DNA of 63,742 bases, the filler included, from Reticulomyxa filosa (taxonomy: Eukaryota > Protista > Foraminifera), in assembly GCA_000512085.1 (NCBI GenBank). It is 17 parts of 17 records of this genome, joined end to end, with 100 filler letters (N's around TTAATTAATTAA, not from the genome) between each part and the next. Parts side by side here need not be neighbours in the genome. Positions count along the whole stretch, not along the records: positions 9,110 to 20,079 come from ASPP01029561.1; positions 20,180 to 24,255 come from ASPP01009460.1; positions 24,356 to 29,887 come from ASPP01001654.1; 14 more parts are not named here. The stretch is one strand, 5' to 3'. Shown one piece after another: positions 12,500 to 24,449 of the stretch. The first letter of the stretch is position 1. Each line of letters opens with the position of its first letter. Both the position numbers and the translations under genes were made by a program. The notes beneath the pieces are model-generated. The model was not told where the DNA came from and made no database searches. It worked only from the letters and a program-made list of their open reading frames with translations.

Positions 12500-13136
12500 T
12501 CATTGTGTATGTTTGGTCAGGTTTTTACTTTTGTTTTGTGCCTTTTTTCATTTTGTAATCAATATTTTTTTAAAAAGAACTGCAATAAGTCAATCAAACT
12601 AATCCAACGAAAGAGTCGCATTCAATTCTACTGCTAGTCACATCTCATCTACGTAAACACTGTTGATCAAAAAAAATTCTTGTATGTAATTAACAAACGT
12701 GCAAATAAGGTGCAGTTGAAAGATAACAATTTCGGCATAAATCTTAGCATATTACCAATGTGTGTAAAATTATGTCTATGCGAAAGAACCCTCCTAAAAG
12801 CATTTGCAATTTTATCATAAAAAATCAACAGTTAAAATATTTTTTAAATGCGCCTATGTGATAATAGGTCGAAAGTAAAGCGCGGAGAATATGAAAATTC
12901 TTAACATTTTTTCATTTTTGAAAATTCAAAAAATGAAATTTGTTCAGTATTAAATTTAAGACCTTACTTGTTTTATTTTTCAGTATTTTAAATTTTGAAT
13001 CAATTCAAATGTTTATTTTTTTACAAGAACGTAGGTAGTTAAGACCTGTATCTATAAAAAGGAAAAAAGCTGCGTATTTTTCAACTTTCAATTTGTTATG
13101 TCGCCTTTTCTTATAAGTTCTCTAGGATATAACAGA

Positions 13137-15059
13137 ATGATGCATTACTATCTAACTGTCACAAAAACCTGGAGACAAAAAAGAGGTGTATTCCAAGTGT
13201 TACGGGAACCTTTGCTGAACTTTGTGATATTTCGAAGTTGGCTTGTCAGCATTGTTATTGCAGCATTCCAGAAAAACAAATTATTGGCCCGAGTATTAAA
13301 AAAGAGGAGTGAATATAAATTGTATAATCACAATTCGCAGTGAATGACATGGCCCGCTGTTTGAATAAGATTTCAGAGAAGTGTGCCAACAAATACACGT
13401 ATTGTCCTTATGACAGCGAGAAAGAGCCCATTCCTCAAGTGAAGCCAAAGATGCGTAAAAGAGTGTTGGACGTGTCATTTGTGCGAGAATATCTGGCGAA
13501 TTTGTGGGACGTGTCATGGAGTTACGAAGACGAGAACCGCGTGAGTATGTGTTTGGATCAAAGATTGCATGAACTGTGCAAGAAGTACAAAAGATTGCAA
13601 AAAGAGAAAGAGTTGAAGGAATATTTGCAGATTACAGAAAAGCAGTCAGAGCCGCGTGATTTGTTGGGACAATATATTGTCGATATGATCGACGACGAAA
13701 GTGTGGATCGGTACCTGGAAGTGCAAGTATCCGCACATGATTTTGATTCAGGAGGAGGGGGAGGAGGAGGATCGGTATCTTCCTCACCTCTTGGAACGGA
13801 GTCATATGACAATCAAAAGCAAAGAGCACACGACTTGGTGTTTTCACCGATCCCACGATCGAACCCTTTACGTATTCTGCACGTTTTCACGGACGGCTTT
13901 TGTGTGGAGGACCTGGCCATGTGGTACCCTTTTGATTACGGAGACAAAGATTATTTCTGGCACTACGTCGCGTACGGCTTTATCCCTCCATGTTTCAACA
14001 TAATGAACTCCAATGACCACCGACTGCACTTTTTGCTGATGGATTGGAGGGATGTCATGTGTTCCCACACTTTGCATCAAATGCGCGAACAACAATGGGC
14101 GTACGAATGCTATTTGATGCAGATCAAGCAACGCCATGTCGTTTTGGAGAGCACTCCCATGCAGCTGTATTTTGATTGGAACAGCAAACTTAAGCCCAAT
14201 ATCTTTAGCAGCCTCAAAGACCGTGGTTTGGAAGAGGTCAAGTACATACACAAATTGGATGCGTTGGAGAAACAGATGCTCTCCAAACGATACCCTTTTG
14301 CAGTGTTCCCGGAACATTCTCCGCCGTCGTTTGAACAAAAGCTCTTGTGGGCTATGCATCGACACATTGTTGTCGAACCCTCTTTGCGGGTAATGCAGAC
14401 GCTAAATTGTTGCAATGCCATTGCTCGGCAAGCTTGGATTCCACCTTGTTTCTTTGGCGGACTTGAACCGCGTCACCACACTTGGTCAGTCCACTTCGTG
14501 CCATGACGGACTCATTTTTGCACATGATCACTTGTCTTATCAGGAACACTTAAAACGCAACTTTCGTACCCGGGTGCTTGAAAAAAATGCTGGATGCGGA
14601 CGTATACCTTTCCTTTTTCCTAAAAAAAAAATCACTAAGCCGGATATGTTCACTCCGACTGACTATGCCGCTAAAGTGGCTCCAAAGCAAAGGCAAATAT
14701 TGTGCTATTTCATTGGTGACAAAAAGTGCTATTTTAAACCCAAAGTTCTGTCTGGTCCTCTGACCAAAGTCCAAGTCTTTTTTGATCCCAATCCCAAAGC
14801 TTACTATCCCTGGGTTGTTCAATTGGACGAAAGTTGGAATTATAATATTGCGAGTCCTACTACAGAGCCTGCCATTCTTCGAAACGAAATGGACAGAACA
14901 CAAACTACACATTTCAGAAACAAACAAGACGCTGATAGGTTCTTTTACACTTGTGTTGATGTTCAACTCAACCGTTTTAATAACTCTCTCATATGGGGAC
15001 ACCATTTTCTTTTTGAAACGCAAAATATCATTCATCCATGTAATACTGCCCAAGCTTGA
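13137..15059 (+). CDS. Uncharacterised protein with an internal duplicated IPPCF module; two ORFs joined by a +1 frame switch near 14501-14506
   Basis: Exon 13137-13236, intron 13237-13340, ORF to 14506, +1 ORF open to 15059; no AT-rich intron-like sequence at the junction. Confidence 0.6.
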
Positions 15060-15710
15060 AATTTTAACACATCTTTTTTTCCTTCTTCTTTGTTTTTACT
15101 TTACCAAAACTACTGCCCCGCAAGACTATTCGATTATTTTCGAAACTTTCACTTACAGGGCATGGCTTGGTAGTAAGATTCAAGGCAATTAAAAATACAT
15201 TTTTTTCTAAAACTCAATTTTCATCTTGTCCACACGTTTTCTTTTGTTGTTTTTGTCTCTTGTTGATTTCCGCTTTTATTGAAATTTGCTCAAAGAGCAA
15301 AACCTTCAGTATCATACTTAGTGGCGTATTCCAACGTGAATTTTTCATTATATTAATTCACAATGCTTCAACACATTTGTTTCATAACACAATGTCAACC
15401 TAGTGACTAGTATCGTAATTTTTAAAATTAAATCAAAATCTCTTAGAAGATACGAAGAGACAATAAATCAAAATTTACTACAGTTGAATTTGGATATATA
15501 ACAACTACATAATCATAATTTGAATATCATTATCAAATACGCAATCACGCACAAGCTTCAATTAGAATAAAGAAAATAACACAATAAATAAATTCTCGTT
15601 TTGCATATTGAGAAAAACAAACACAGTAAGAAATAATAAAATAAACTCACAATAATTTGGAGCTAGTATTACATATTGTATTGAAATTGAACATATAATT
15701 AAATGTACTA

Positions 15711-16816
15711 CAGTAGGATAAAAAAGAAAGTTGACACCTAAAATGCCACATTATAGAGATGATTGTGTTTCTCCATGAAAAAACAACATTTAATCAAAAT
15801 TTTTTTTTTCATTTTAAAAAAAAATATCATGAATCGTATAGTTTTTAAATATCATTTTGGTTTTTTATTAAGTCTTTACAATTTTTTCAAAAATTTTAAT
15901 CTTTCATTTACTTTAAAAAAATTTTTTGTTGTTGCCTGATTATGACAATATTTGTTTTTTTTAATTTAATTCAAGTTTACCAACTTGTTAAATTTCTTTT
16001 GGCTTTTTTAACTGTTTGTATTTTTTTTGACATTGACTTTATTAATGTTTTACAATGTTTGTTTTTATTTTTCTACAATATGTTTCGAATTAGTTCCAAA
16101 GTTCTTACGTTGTATTAAATGTCCTTTTTTGTGAATCCTTGTCTTTATTATCCACCAAAGATTTTCAATTGGATTTAAAGCATGTGAATTTAGATGACAA
16201 TTCATTATTTTCTTTTTTTTTGTTTTAACAATTTCATAATTTTTTCCGACTTATGGCATGTTGCATTATTTTGCTGGAAAATTTAATCTTTATTTTCTAG
16301 TCAGAAATTGACGCTATTCAGCATTTCGTCAGATAAAAAATATATATCAGTATTTACTCTATTTTGCAAGCTTAACCTGTTTATAATGCTCCAAAACATG
16401 AATGTCTAAAATGCTTCCACCACCAAATTTTGCTATTTTTGATATGAAATTTTCATATAATGGTTGTCAATCAATATTTCGGCAGCAAAATAATCAAATG
16501 ATAAAAATCAATATCGAACAAAAAAAAAAATATCAAAAATTGTTTAAAAAAAGATTGGTAAATTTCATGACTACGAGAAAAATACTATTGTCAACTTTTT
16601 TAAAGAAATTTTATCAAATCAAATGAAAGATTAAAATTTTTGAAAAAATTGTAAAGACTTAATAAAAAACCAAATGATATTTAAAAACTATACGATTCAT
16701 AGATATTTTTTTAAAATGAAAAAAAAATTTTGATTAAATGTTGTTTTTTCATGGAGAAACACAATCATCTCTATAATGTGGCATTTTAGGTGTCAACTTT
16801 CTTTTTTATCTTACTG
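15711..16816 (-). mobile_element. Defective Tc1-family DNA transposon, 1106 bp, ~199-bp TIRs, TA target-site duplication
   Basis: TA|CAGTAGGATAAAAAAGAAAGTTGACACC... (15711-15909) is the near-perfect reverse complement of 16621-16816 ...TATCTTACTG|TA; degenerate transposase inside. Confidence 0.95.
15977..16470 (-). pseudogene. Degenerate Tc1 DD34E transposase (catalytic/C-terminal part only)
   Basis: KFGGGSIL..SCFG, IFQQNNATCHKS (for FQQDNA..H), NSHALNPIENLWWIIK, CKTLIKSMSKKIQTVKKAKRNLTSW*; 34 residues between the D position and E after correcting one frameshift; stops and frameshifts. Confidence 0.88.
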
Positions 16817-16959
16817 TATGAAAAAGCACACATCCAAAAAAAAAGATTTGTAATTTTAAGTAACTGCAAATTTGCAGTTACTGTAATACTAAACAAAGTT
16901 TGTCAATATAAATACGAAAATTAAATACGTTACTGTAATGACATTCTACAATCACTTGT

Positions 16960-17560
16960 AGAACATTATGCACAATATATATACTGGATCAAGTAACAAT
17001 ACTGAATTCTATAAATGACAAAACTGGTAAAAAATGTGCGAATGAAAGATAAAAGCAATTAACTAAAATTAAATTACATTTTGAATATGAAAGAATTAGT
17101 ACTGAACATTACATTAATGTATCAATTATATGTGATTTAGTGAATATTAGCTGGAAAATGAATTTGCAGAACTAAAAAGACAAATAATCAAAAACAATTT
17201 TTGGTAAATTTAATAGAAGTGCAATCGTTTGAAAAAATTGTACTACATCGATTACAAACACATCAAAGAATACTATAACAGGAAAAGTAAGATTGAATAA
17301 GTAAATTCACATTATCAAAAAACAGAATTACATAAATGCAAATTATGCAAACAAGAAACAGATTATGAATAATATTTTGATAAAATGTACATACTATGAC
17401 CCAAGTAAAATATTTCATTCAAACATTAAGTTAGTACTATAATAAGAAAAAACTTGGAACTGATTAACTTAATTATGTAATGATTACATATAAATATGAC
17501 ATTATATTAAATGGTTTGCAAGAAGTTGTGAAATTTGTAGTAACATCAAGAAGAAATATT
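16960..17560 (+). mobile_element. Probable decayed non-LTR retrotransposon remnant (RNase H trace + C-terminal zinc knuckle)
   Basis: IYT-GS trace at ~16978; EKIVLHRL..TGKVRLNK*..HKCKLCKQET..NNILIKCTYYD..LQEVVKFVVTSRR across frameshifts resembles the LINE ORF2 RL.TG..LN..C..C..ET..H.L..C..Y pattern. Confidence 0.45.
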
Positions 17561-18448
17561 TCATCAAATAACAAAACAACATAAACAAATGCATAATTTG
17601 ATCATGTTAATTGAGAAAATAAGCAATCTTTTATTGAGTGTTTCTTATTTTATTTAGTAGTGTAGTGACAACACTTACGTCACAATAGGGTCAGTATGAC
17701 TACAAATATTGCAATTTTCTTTTTAATTTAAATTCAAAAAGTCATTTTCACTTTTCTTAAAACGTGCTTTCTCGCTCCAGATTCTCTACAAGTGATATAT
17801 CTATTTAATCATGGTACATAACTTGCTTTACATGCAAAAAAGATAGTTTTAAGCGAAGTGCATAGTAATGATCCAATTATTATATCTACCAAATTGCAAA
17901 GCTAAAAAAAATTACAACTAAACAAATTGTTTAATATTGAGTTAATCGAAAGTATTGAAAAAGATAATGATTATCATTTGAAATAATAGTTTAGAAAGCA
18001 ATAAATGAACGTTTCAAAAACCAAAAGATAACAAAAAAGACGAATATCTGTATCTGATAAAAGAAATATGACTAATCTTGCATAGAAAACTCAAAAATTA
18101 ACTTTTAGCATTATAAGTTGTATTACGATATCGCAATAGCTAAAACATAAGTAATTAATTGTTGTCTTTTGTAAGCATTTGTTTAAGTTAATGTCGTTTC
18201 TTTTTTATTTTATGCATGCTATGTTCTAAAAAAAAATTATTGGCACGTGCAAGACACGTCATCTACAGGATCAAAACTTTTAGTCAAAAATATTTAACTG
18301 AGTTTATTTTTTGCAAAATATCCAAAAACAACAAAAATTTGACTAATTGTCTGTATTTTCTCAAATATGGTTGAATTCTAGAGGTGGCCAGCAGTAACTT
18401 CAACTTAAATTTTTTTCAATTGCTTCATCGAAAGGAAGAACACATAGG

Positions 18449-19999
18449 GGCGACAAAAAGCCATATTCCAAGATAAAGAGTAAATCCAAAGCAACAAAAA
18501 GGAACTTAAGTGCCATGTCAAAAGAAGAGATGGAAATTGATCCAGAAACAAAGCAGGACACACAAAGAAGAACAGATCGTGAAGAAAAAGTGCGCAAGAA
18601 GCGTGAGCAACGAGCCCCCGAGACACCGAGGTTTGAAGAGCCAGTGCCGTTGCACGATAGTAAATGGACATATAAAAGCGGCCATGACCAAAATACGGAG
18701 TATGAAAAAGAGCAAAAGAGCACGCACGAGAAAGAATATGAACATGAGCACGAACATGAACGAATGGACGTTGACAATGATCAGCACAACAATAAAAAAG
18801 GGGATGTCGAAAAGACGACGCAATGGAAAGAAGCTATGCGACGACTAATCGAAGATGAGAGTGCAGAGGCGACAAAAGAAAACCAATCAAAATCACAAGA
18901 ATGGAATGAGTTTGAGATAATTGGTTGGGGTTGTGCAGACCCGCTCTTACTGCCGTTGTTGGACGAAAACAAGCAAGACAAGGATGATAGTAATGAAGAG
19001 AAGACCACCGAGTCAAAAGAAACAACGATGCAAACGGACGTGATATTTCTGCCGCAAAGATTAATCGAATACCATGGCATGCACTATAACTTCAATGAGC
19101 TGTCATCAAAGTGGAAAGAATGTGCGATATTCCGGCGAGGTGCAAATGGAGTGTTTGGATGGGGAGACAACACAGAAGGACAGATTGGCAACGGAGTGGA
19201 GAATGAGATTCGTAAATGGACAGCATTTGAAGATTTGCAAAGTTCACCTATTCGTTTGGTAGACATTGGAGAAGATCATTGTGCTTACGTTATGTCGTAT
19301 GGTGGTCTGTACATGTCCGGGAACAACGACAGCGGTCAGTGTGGCTTTGACCCAGAAAAGCATGGATCTCGTGTGAAACCGACGACAGAGGTCGCCGATC
19401 TAAAACACGTGTGCCAAGTAGTATGCGGTAGCAAACATACCATTGTGCTCGATCAAACCGGTGTCACGTATTCTTTTGGACGCGAATCAACCAATGACGA
19501 ATGCCATGTGTTGGGAAGAGATACCACATCCACATCCACGTCCACGTCTACGTCTATGTCCAATCCACATTTTCGTCCTGGCTGCATCCCGACCTTGGCC
19601 TTTGCTCCTGTTGTCGAAATCGCTTGTGGCCAAAGCCATTGCGTGGTTCGCACTTGTCATGCACAGGTGTTTTCTTGGGGAAAGAACCACTGCGGACAAT
19701 TGGGGTTGCATGATACCACGGATAGAAACAGGCCAACTGAAGTTGTTCGCTTACGCAGCAAACCTTTGAAACAAATGGCCTGCGGCGCCTCGCACACATG
19801 CATTTTGTCGGTTGCTTCTGAAGTCATTTGTTTTGGAAACAATTACTATGGACAATGTGGAGACACTTTGGAAAACAAAAACGTCACTTATCCCAAAAAA
19901 GTCAACGGTCCATGGGTTTCTGATTCGTCAACGAACAGCAAATATGACATTACACAAATCTCTTGTGGATCTTATCATGTTTTGTTTTATTCTTTTTAA
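18449..19999 (+). CDS. RCC1-repeat protein (possibly HERC-like N-terminus), partial; true start probably upstream of 18515
   Basis: Repeats VFGWGDNTEGQIG, LYMSGNNDSGQCG, VVCGSKHT, IACGQSHC..VFSWGKNHCGQLG, MACGASHT..FGNNYYGQCG, ISCGSYH. Confidence 0.92.
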   Translation, partial: GDKKPYSKIKSKSKATKRNLSAMSKEEMEIDPETKQDTQRRTDREEKVRKKREQRAPETPRFEEPVPLHDSKWTYKSGHDQNTEYEKEQKSTHEKEYEHEHEHERMDVDNDQHNNKKGDVEKTTQWKEAMRRLIEDESAEATKENQSKSQEWNEFEIIGWGCADPLLLPLLDENKQDKDDSNEEKTTESKETTMQTDVIFLPQRLIEYHGMHYNFNELSSKWKECAIFRRGANGVFGWGDNTEGQIGNGVENEIRKWTAFEDLQSSPIRLVDIGEDHCAYVMSYGGLYMSGNNDSGQCGFDPEKHGSRVKPTTEVADLKHVCQVVCGSKHTIVLDQTGVTYSFGRESTNDECHVLGRDTTSTSTSTSTSMSNPHFRPGCIPTLAFAPVVEIACGQSHCVVRTCHAQVFSWGKNHCGQLGLHDTTDRNRPTEVVRLRSKPLKQMACGASHTCILSVASEVICFGNNYYGQCGDTLENKNVTYPKKVNGPWVSDSSTNSKYDITQISCGSYHVLFYSF

Positions 20000-20191
20000 A
20001 TAAACAAAGATAAATAAATTAATGAATATCTAATCTATTTTTTTTTTTTTTCAAAAAAAAAAAAAAAAAAAAAAAAAAANNNNNNNNNNNNNNNNNNNNN
20101 NNNNNNNNNNNNNNNNNNNNNNNTTAATTAATTAANNNNNNNNNNNNNNNNNNNNNNNNNNNNNNNNNNNNNNNNNNNNAGTTAAAAAAGG

Positions 20192-20674
20192 TTACCGGTT
20201 GTCATCGTCAGGTGTGTGACTTTTGTTTGGTTTTACACTCTTTGAACTAGACTCCTGGAAAGACTGGGCATGTGATGTGTTGGAAGTCGTTTCTGAGAAA
20301 AGAGAGTCAGGGGACTTTGCCAACGCATCAAGGGCGGTATTCTGTTCCTTTGTAAAGTTACTATGACGAGGCTGTGAGGCTTTCGGATGGTGGTCATGGG
20401 GCTTTTTTTTTGCATGGTCGGATCCACTTCCATGTCGCGAATACTGCGAAGAAAGAGTCGAATAACTCCCAACTGACTCCGTGCTTTCCACGTAATCATA
20501 CAATGCATGCTTCAATTCGCGCAACATTTTTGTTAAACGCTTGATATGCGAACGAAATTGCTCAGATAAATGATGATAAGATCGACTGTGGTGATGCCAT
20601 TGATGTGTAGGGTGGCGTTTTAGTGCGGTTGTGTCCGATTGAAGTGATGGAGTCACCCATAAACCTGACGTCAT
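20192..20674 (-). CDS. 5' exon of an unidentified Ser/His-rich protein (runs into the spacer)
   Basis: 160-aa ORF from ATG, short helical segment, GT donor near 20195. Confidence 0.45.
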   Translation of the reverse strand: MTSGLWVTPSLQSDTTALKRHPTHQWHHHSRSYHHLSEQFRSHIKRLTKMLRELKHALYDYVESTESVGSYSTLSSQYSRHGSGSDHAKKKPHDHHPKASQPRHSNFTKEQNTALDALAKSPDSLFSETTSNTSHAQSFQESSSKSVKPNKSHTPDDDNR

Positions 20675-21489
20675 TTCTCTTGCTTGTTTTGCTTTTTCTG
20701 CTTTTCAAATTTACCTTTTTCTCCTTGATTTGATGAAACGAAATAATTACAATCCAATGTTTTTTACACAAAATGTTCACACTCTGTCCATGAAGACGCC
20801 CTACCTGCTTTTCAAAAAAATTTGTATCTACAAACATTTTGCATTACAAAAGATATTTTTATCCTCAAAGTTGCAGCGTTATTTTATTTAAATATTTTTC
20901 TGCAAAAAAAAAAAAAAGAAATCTTTTCAATCATTAAAAATTAAAAATGCACATCAATTCAAAAACTTCAACACATAGTTTCTTTAACGAAAAACAATTT
21001 AATTCTTTTAAAAAATACAATTATCTTCATAAAGTAGCATTTATAGTATAATTTTTGTGGGCACATGTTTACTTACGTATCTTTTTATGATGTAAACAAA
21101 CACTAATATTCACATTATTTCAACTTACATTTTTTTTAGAATTACATTGTAAGACACAACTGCTACAAGGACTTCCACAAAAATTGTGTGATTGAGAAAA
21201 TTTTATAAGAAAAACAAATCGAGAGTCACTTAGAACAAGATAGCGCATTGAAGACAACAACTTTTTTTACTTACTTTTATATTGAAAATAATATAGAAAT
21301 TTGAAAGATCCAAGATGCAACGTTATGACAAGTGGCATGCAAGCAAAGAAATTGCTCTCTGGCCATTTCAAAACAACGCAAATCATTTCACAAAAGAGTA
21401 TAAAGGGCTTGGGAATAATTTTTTAAAAACTAAAGAATAAACCGCTCACGAGATTAAGAAAAAAACGAAACATTCTGAATAATTTCCAC

Positions 21490-24234
21490 TTACATAAGAG
21501 TGCATTCCTTGTTTGGGTCGTCTTGCCCAAGCTGAGTATTTTGCATTTGCATCGGTTGTATAGATGGAATTTGCATGTTTGAATTTTGCACACCCGGCAT
21601 TTGCATGTTCGACGTTTGCATATTTGGAATTTGCATGGTTGGTTGTCCGATGAGTGTTTGAGATTTGACTCGTTGATGAGACTGGAGTTGATTTTGAGTT
21701 GGTATTTGTGATTGAGAATGAAGTGGAGCTTGATACATTGATTGTGTTGGAAAAGATTGGAATGGTATTTGTGGAACCGATGAAGGCGGAATAGGATAAT
21801 TGGGAATAGATTGCATTGGAGGATACATGAATTGGTTCATTGGTTGGGCCTGTAATTTAATAAAAAAACATTGCATTATATACATATATTATGTATATAT
21901 GTATATATAATACATATAGTCAGCATGTGACTCTACAAGAAAGGGAAAAAAAAAAAAACATACATAGTTTATAGGCTGCACATATGGATTAGTAAACGAG
22001 GAAGACGAGGTTGGTTCTTTGGTGCGACTTCGTTCTTTTAAATAAGCGACAACTTTTTCGCGGACCCATTGACTCCATTGCCTCCAAGGGATATCTTCTC
22101 GCAATGCCTCTTCGTATAAGAGTTTGGCGTTGAATCTGTCCTTGACAGTTTGGTCAATGTCCCAAATGCGCTCTTCCTCCAAATTTCGAAAGACAGTGGT
22201 GGTGGTCATGACAAACAAATCCTGTTGCAACAGCATCAACGACCGAGCACGTTTTTTGTGTTCTTTGTTGTTGGATTTGTCCTTTTCTTTTTCTTTCTTG
22301 GTCTGCACCTCGTCACCAACGTTTTCATTTTCCAACGCTTGTTTTGCAAGTTTGTTGGCCTGTTCATCCGTTTGTCCAATCAATTTCCTCAGACCCTTTA
22401 CCCACAACTCAGCCATTTCCTTGGACTGCGCCTCCAAGTCCAGCACCTGATGTTTGGAGACAACACTGAAGCAGAGTTTGGGATTGAGATCAGTTCTGTT
22501 CTGAAAGGCCTGAGTCCAATGTCCCAAAGCAATGTAAAGAATGTCAGCAAAATCGATATGTCTGGATCCACTTCCCCATGAGATTTGTTTGGCCACTCCA
22601 TTGTCACCAAAGGTGATTTTGACAATGCGATCTTGAGGTTTCCTTCGTTGACTGCCTGTGTGTTTCAAAAAGAGTTGTCCCACCATGGCTGTCTTGGAAA
22701 ACGTTTTCAATTGCTGTGCGACACTCATGACTGGTTCTTTCTCCGACTCTTCACTTTCCTCGACAGAGTCTTCTTCATCATCATCGTTCCCTTCCTCCTC
22801 CTCCTCTTCTTCTTCTTCTTCTTCTTCATTTTCCTCATTATAATTGTTTTTGTTGCCATTGCGTCTGCCATTCTCTTCCTCTTCCTCTTCCTCGACCTCG
22901 TCCTCTTTGGCACGACGTTTCTTATCTCCACGCTTGCCTTTCTTCGAAGGGGAAGAGACTGCCTTTTTCTTACCTTTTTTCGACTTGCTTTTATTCTTGC
23001 TTTTGCGTTTGCCCTTTTCCTCCTCTTCCTCGTCACTCATAGCTTCAGGGAAATTGTCTCGCAAGTAATCGTCTTCGCGTTGTTGTTTGCGATCGCGCTC
23101 TTCTTTTTGCAAAATGTTCTTCTTCAGTTTGATCGACGACTCGCGTTCTGCTCTCGCGCGAGCAGCTTTATCTCTCTCTCCTTCTTCCCTTTGTTTCGAC
23201 ACATTGTCCGAGGCAATGAGCAGTCTTTGTCTGGCATTTTCTTGTTCTTTTTCCTGTTCAATGCGTTTGCGTTCCTCCTCTTCCAATCTCTTTTGTTCCT
23301 CTTGCTTTCTTATTCGTTCTCTCTCTTTCTCCTCTTCCATCAATCTCTGTCTCTCTTTTTCAATACGTGCTTCCTCTTCTTTTCGCGCCTGTTCACGCAG
23401 ACGCTCTTCTTCTGCTCGTCGAGCATTTTCTTCCAATTCTTTTTTTCTGGCTGCTTCCATACGGATGCGCTCCTCTTCTTTGCGCTTTCGCGTTTCCGCC
23501 ACTTTCTGGTCCAACCAATCTCTCAATCGCTTTCGCTCGTCCCAACGGCGATACGAAATCCAAATCATTTTCGTGGCTTTTTTCATTTTGACCACGTGCT
23601 TGCGATAGCGCGAGCACTCGTAGGCCCCTCGGAAGAACGACTGGACGGCTAAGGCGCTTGCGTTGCGCTTTCGTTCCAAAATTTGGACGCGGGCAATGCG
23701 CAGATGCTTGACGAGACTAAATGCCAACAGCGAGGCCACACGACCCGTGTGCTCCCATCGTTTGGCGGCACGTGTCAAGCGCACGCGGTGACGGAGTTCC
23801 AAAAATGCCTTGGCCGTTCCCACCATTTGCTTCAAACGCTTTTGCACGACCCATTTCGTGATCTTTATGTTTTGCTCGGCTGACAAAGGCCTTCCTGCTT
23901 GAGCCATGATCGTTTCCAACACTGCCGCTTTTGCGGGCTTGAAAAAGATCTTGGTCAACCCCAGCTCGTAGTCGTCTTCATTCACGTCAAACGCGATCAA
24001 CAACGCCGTGGAGAACGACTCGGGACCCATGTTGCGGATTAGTGGGTTGTTCACTGACGAGTGATACTTTTCGTATAATGTGTTGTAAGGCACTCGTGTG
24101 GGATAGCCCAGCGCCAGTACTTTCAACGCCTCGACTAATCCACCGCAACGCAATTGTCCTTCCACCACCCACTCTTGCCACTCGGTAGGGCTCTTTATAC
24201 TGTTTGGATTCACACATCGGACAAAGAACGGCTC
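21490..24234 (-). CDS. Myosin heavy chain, C-terminal part: motor end, IQ motifs, ER/K single alpha-helix, acidic tract, PH domain, Q/P/M-rich tail ending in CTLM
   Basis: PFFVRCVNPN, QLRCGGLVEAL..GYPTR, YELGLTKIFFK, VQSFFRG; PH-like FLKH..ISWG..CFSVV..LDLEA..ELWVKGLRKL; phase-0 intron joins to the final exon 21490-21850. Confidence 0.93.
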
Positions 24235-24449
24235 TATTTTAAACAAACAAACAAANNNNNNNNNNNNNNNNNNNNNNNNNNNNNNNNNNNNNNNNNNNNT
24301 TAATTAATTAANNNNNNNNNNNNNNNNNNNNNNNNNNNNNNNNNNNNNNNNNNNNACACAGCTAAGAGTGTAAATAGAATTTCGTTTTTTCAACGTCTAG
24401 ATAAAATAAAAGGGAAAGACCTCTAAGTCATCATCCATTACTCTTTGCA

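Noticed and set aside
22585-23652. 355-aa Phe/Leu-rich + strand ORF
   Set aside because: Antisense of the Glu/Lys/Arg-rich myosin tail
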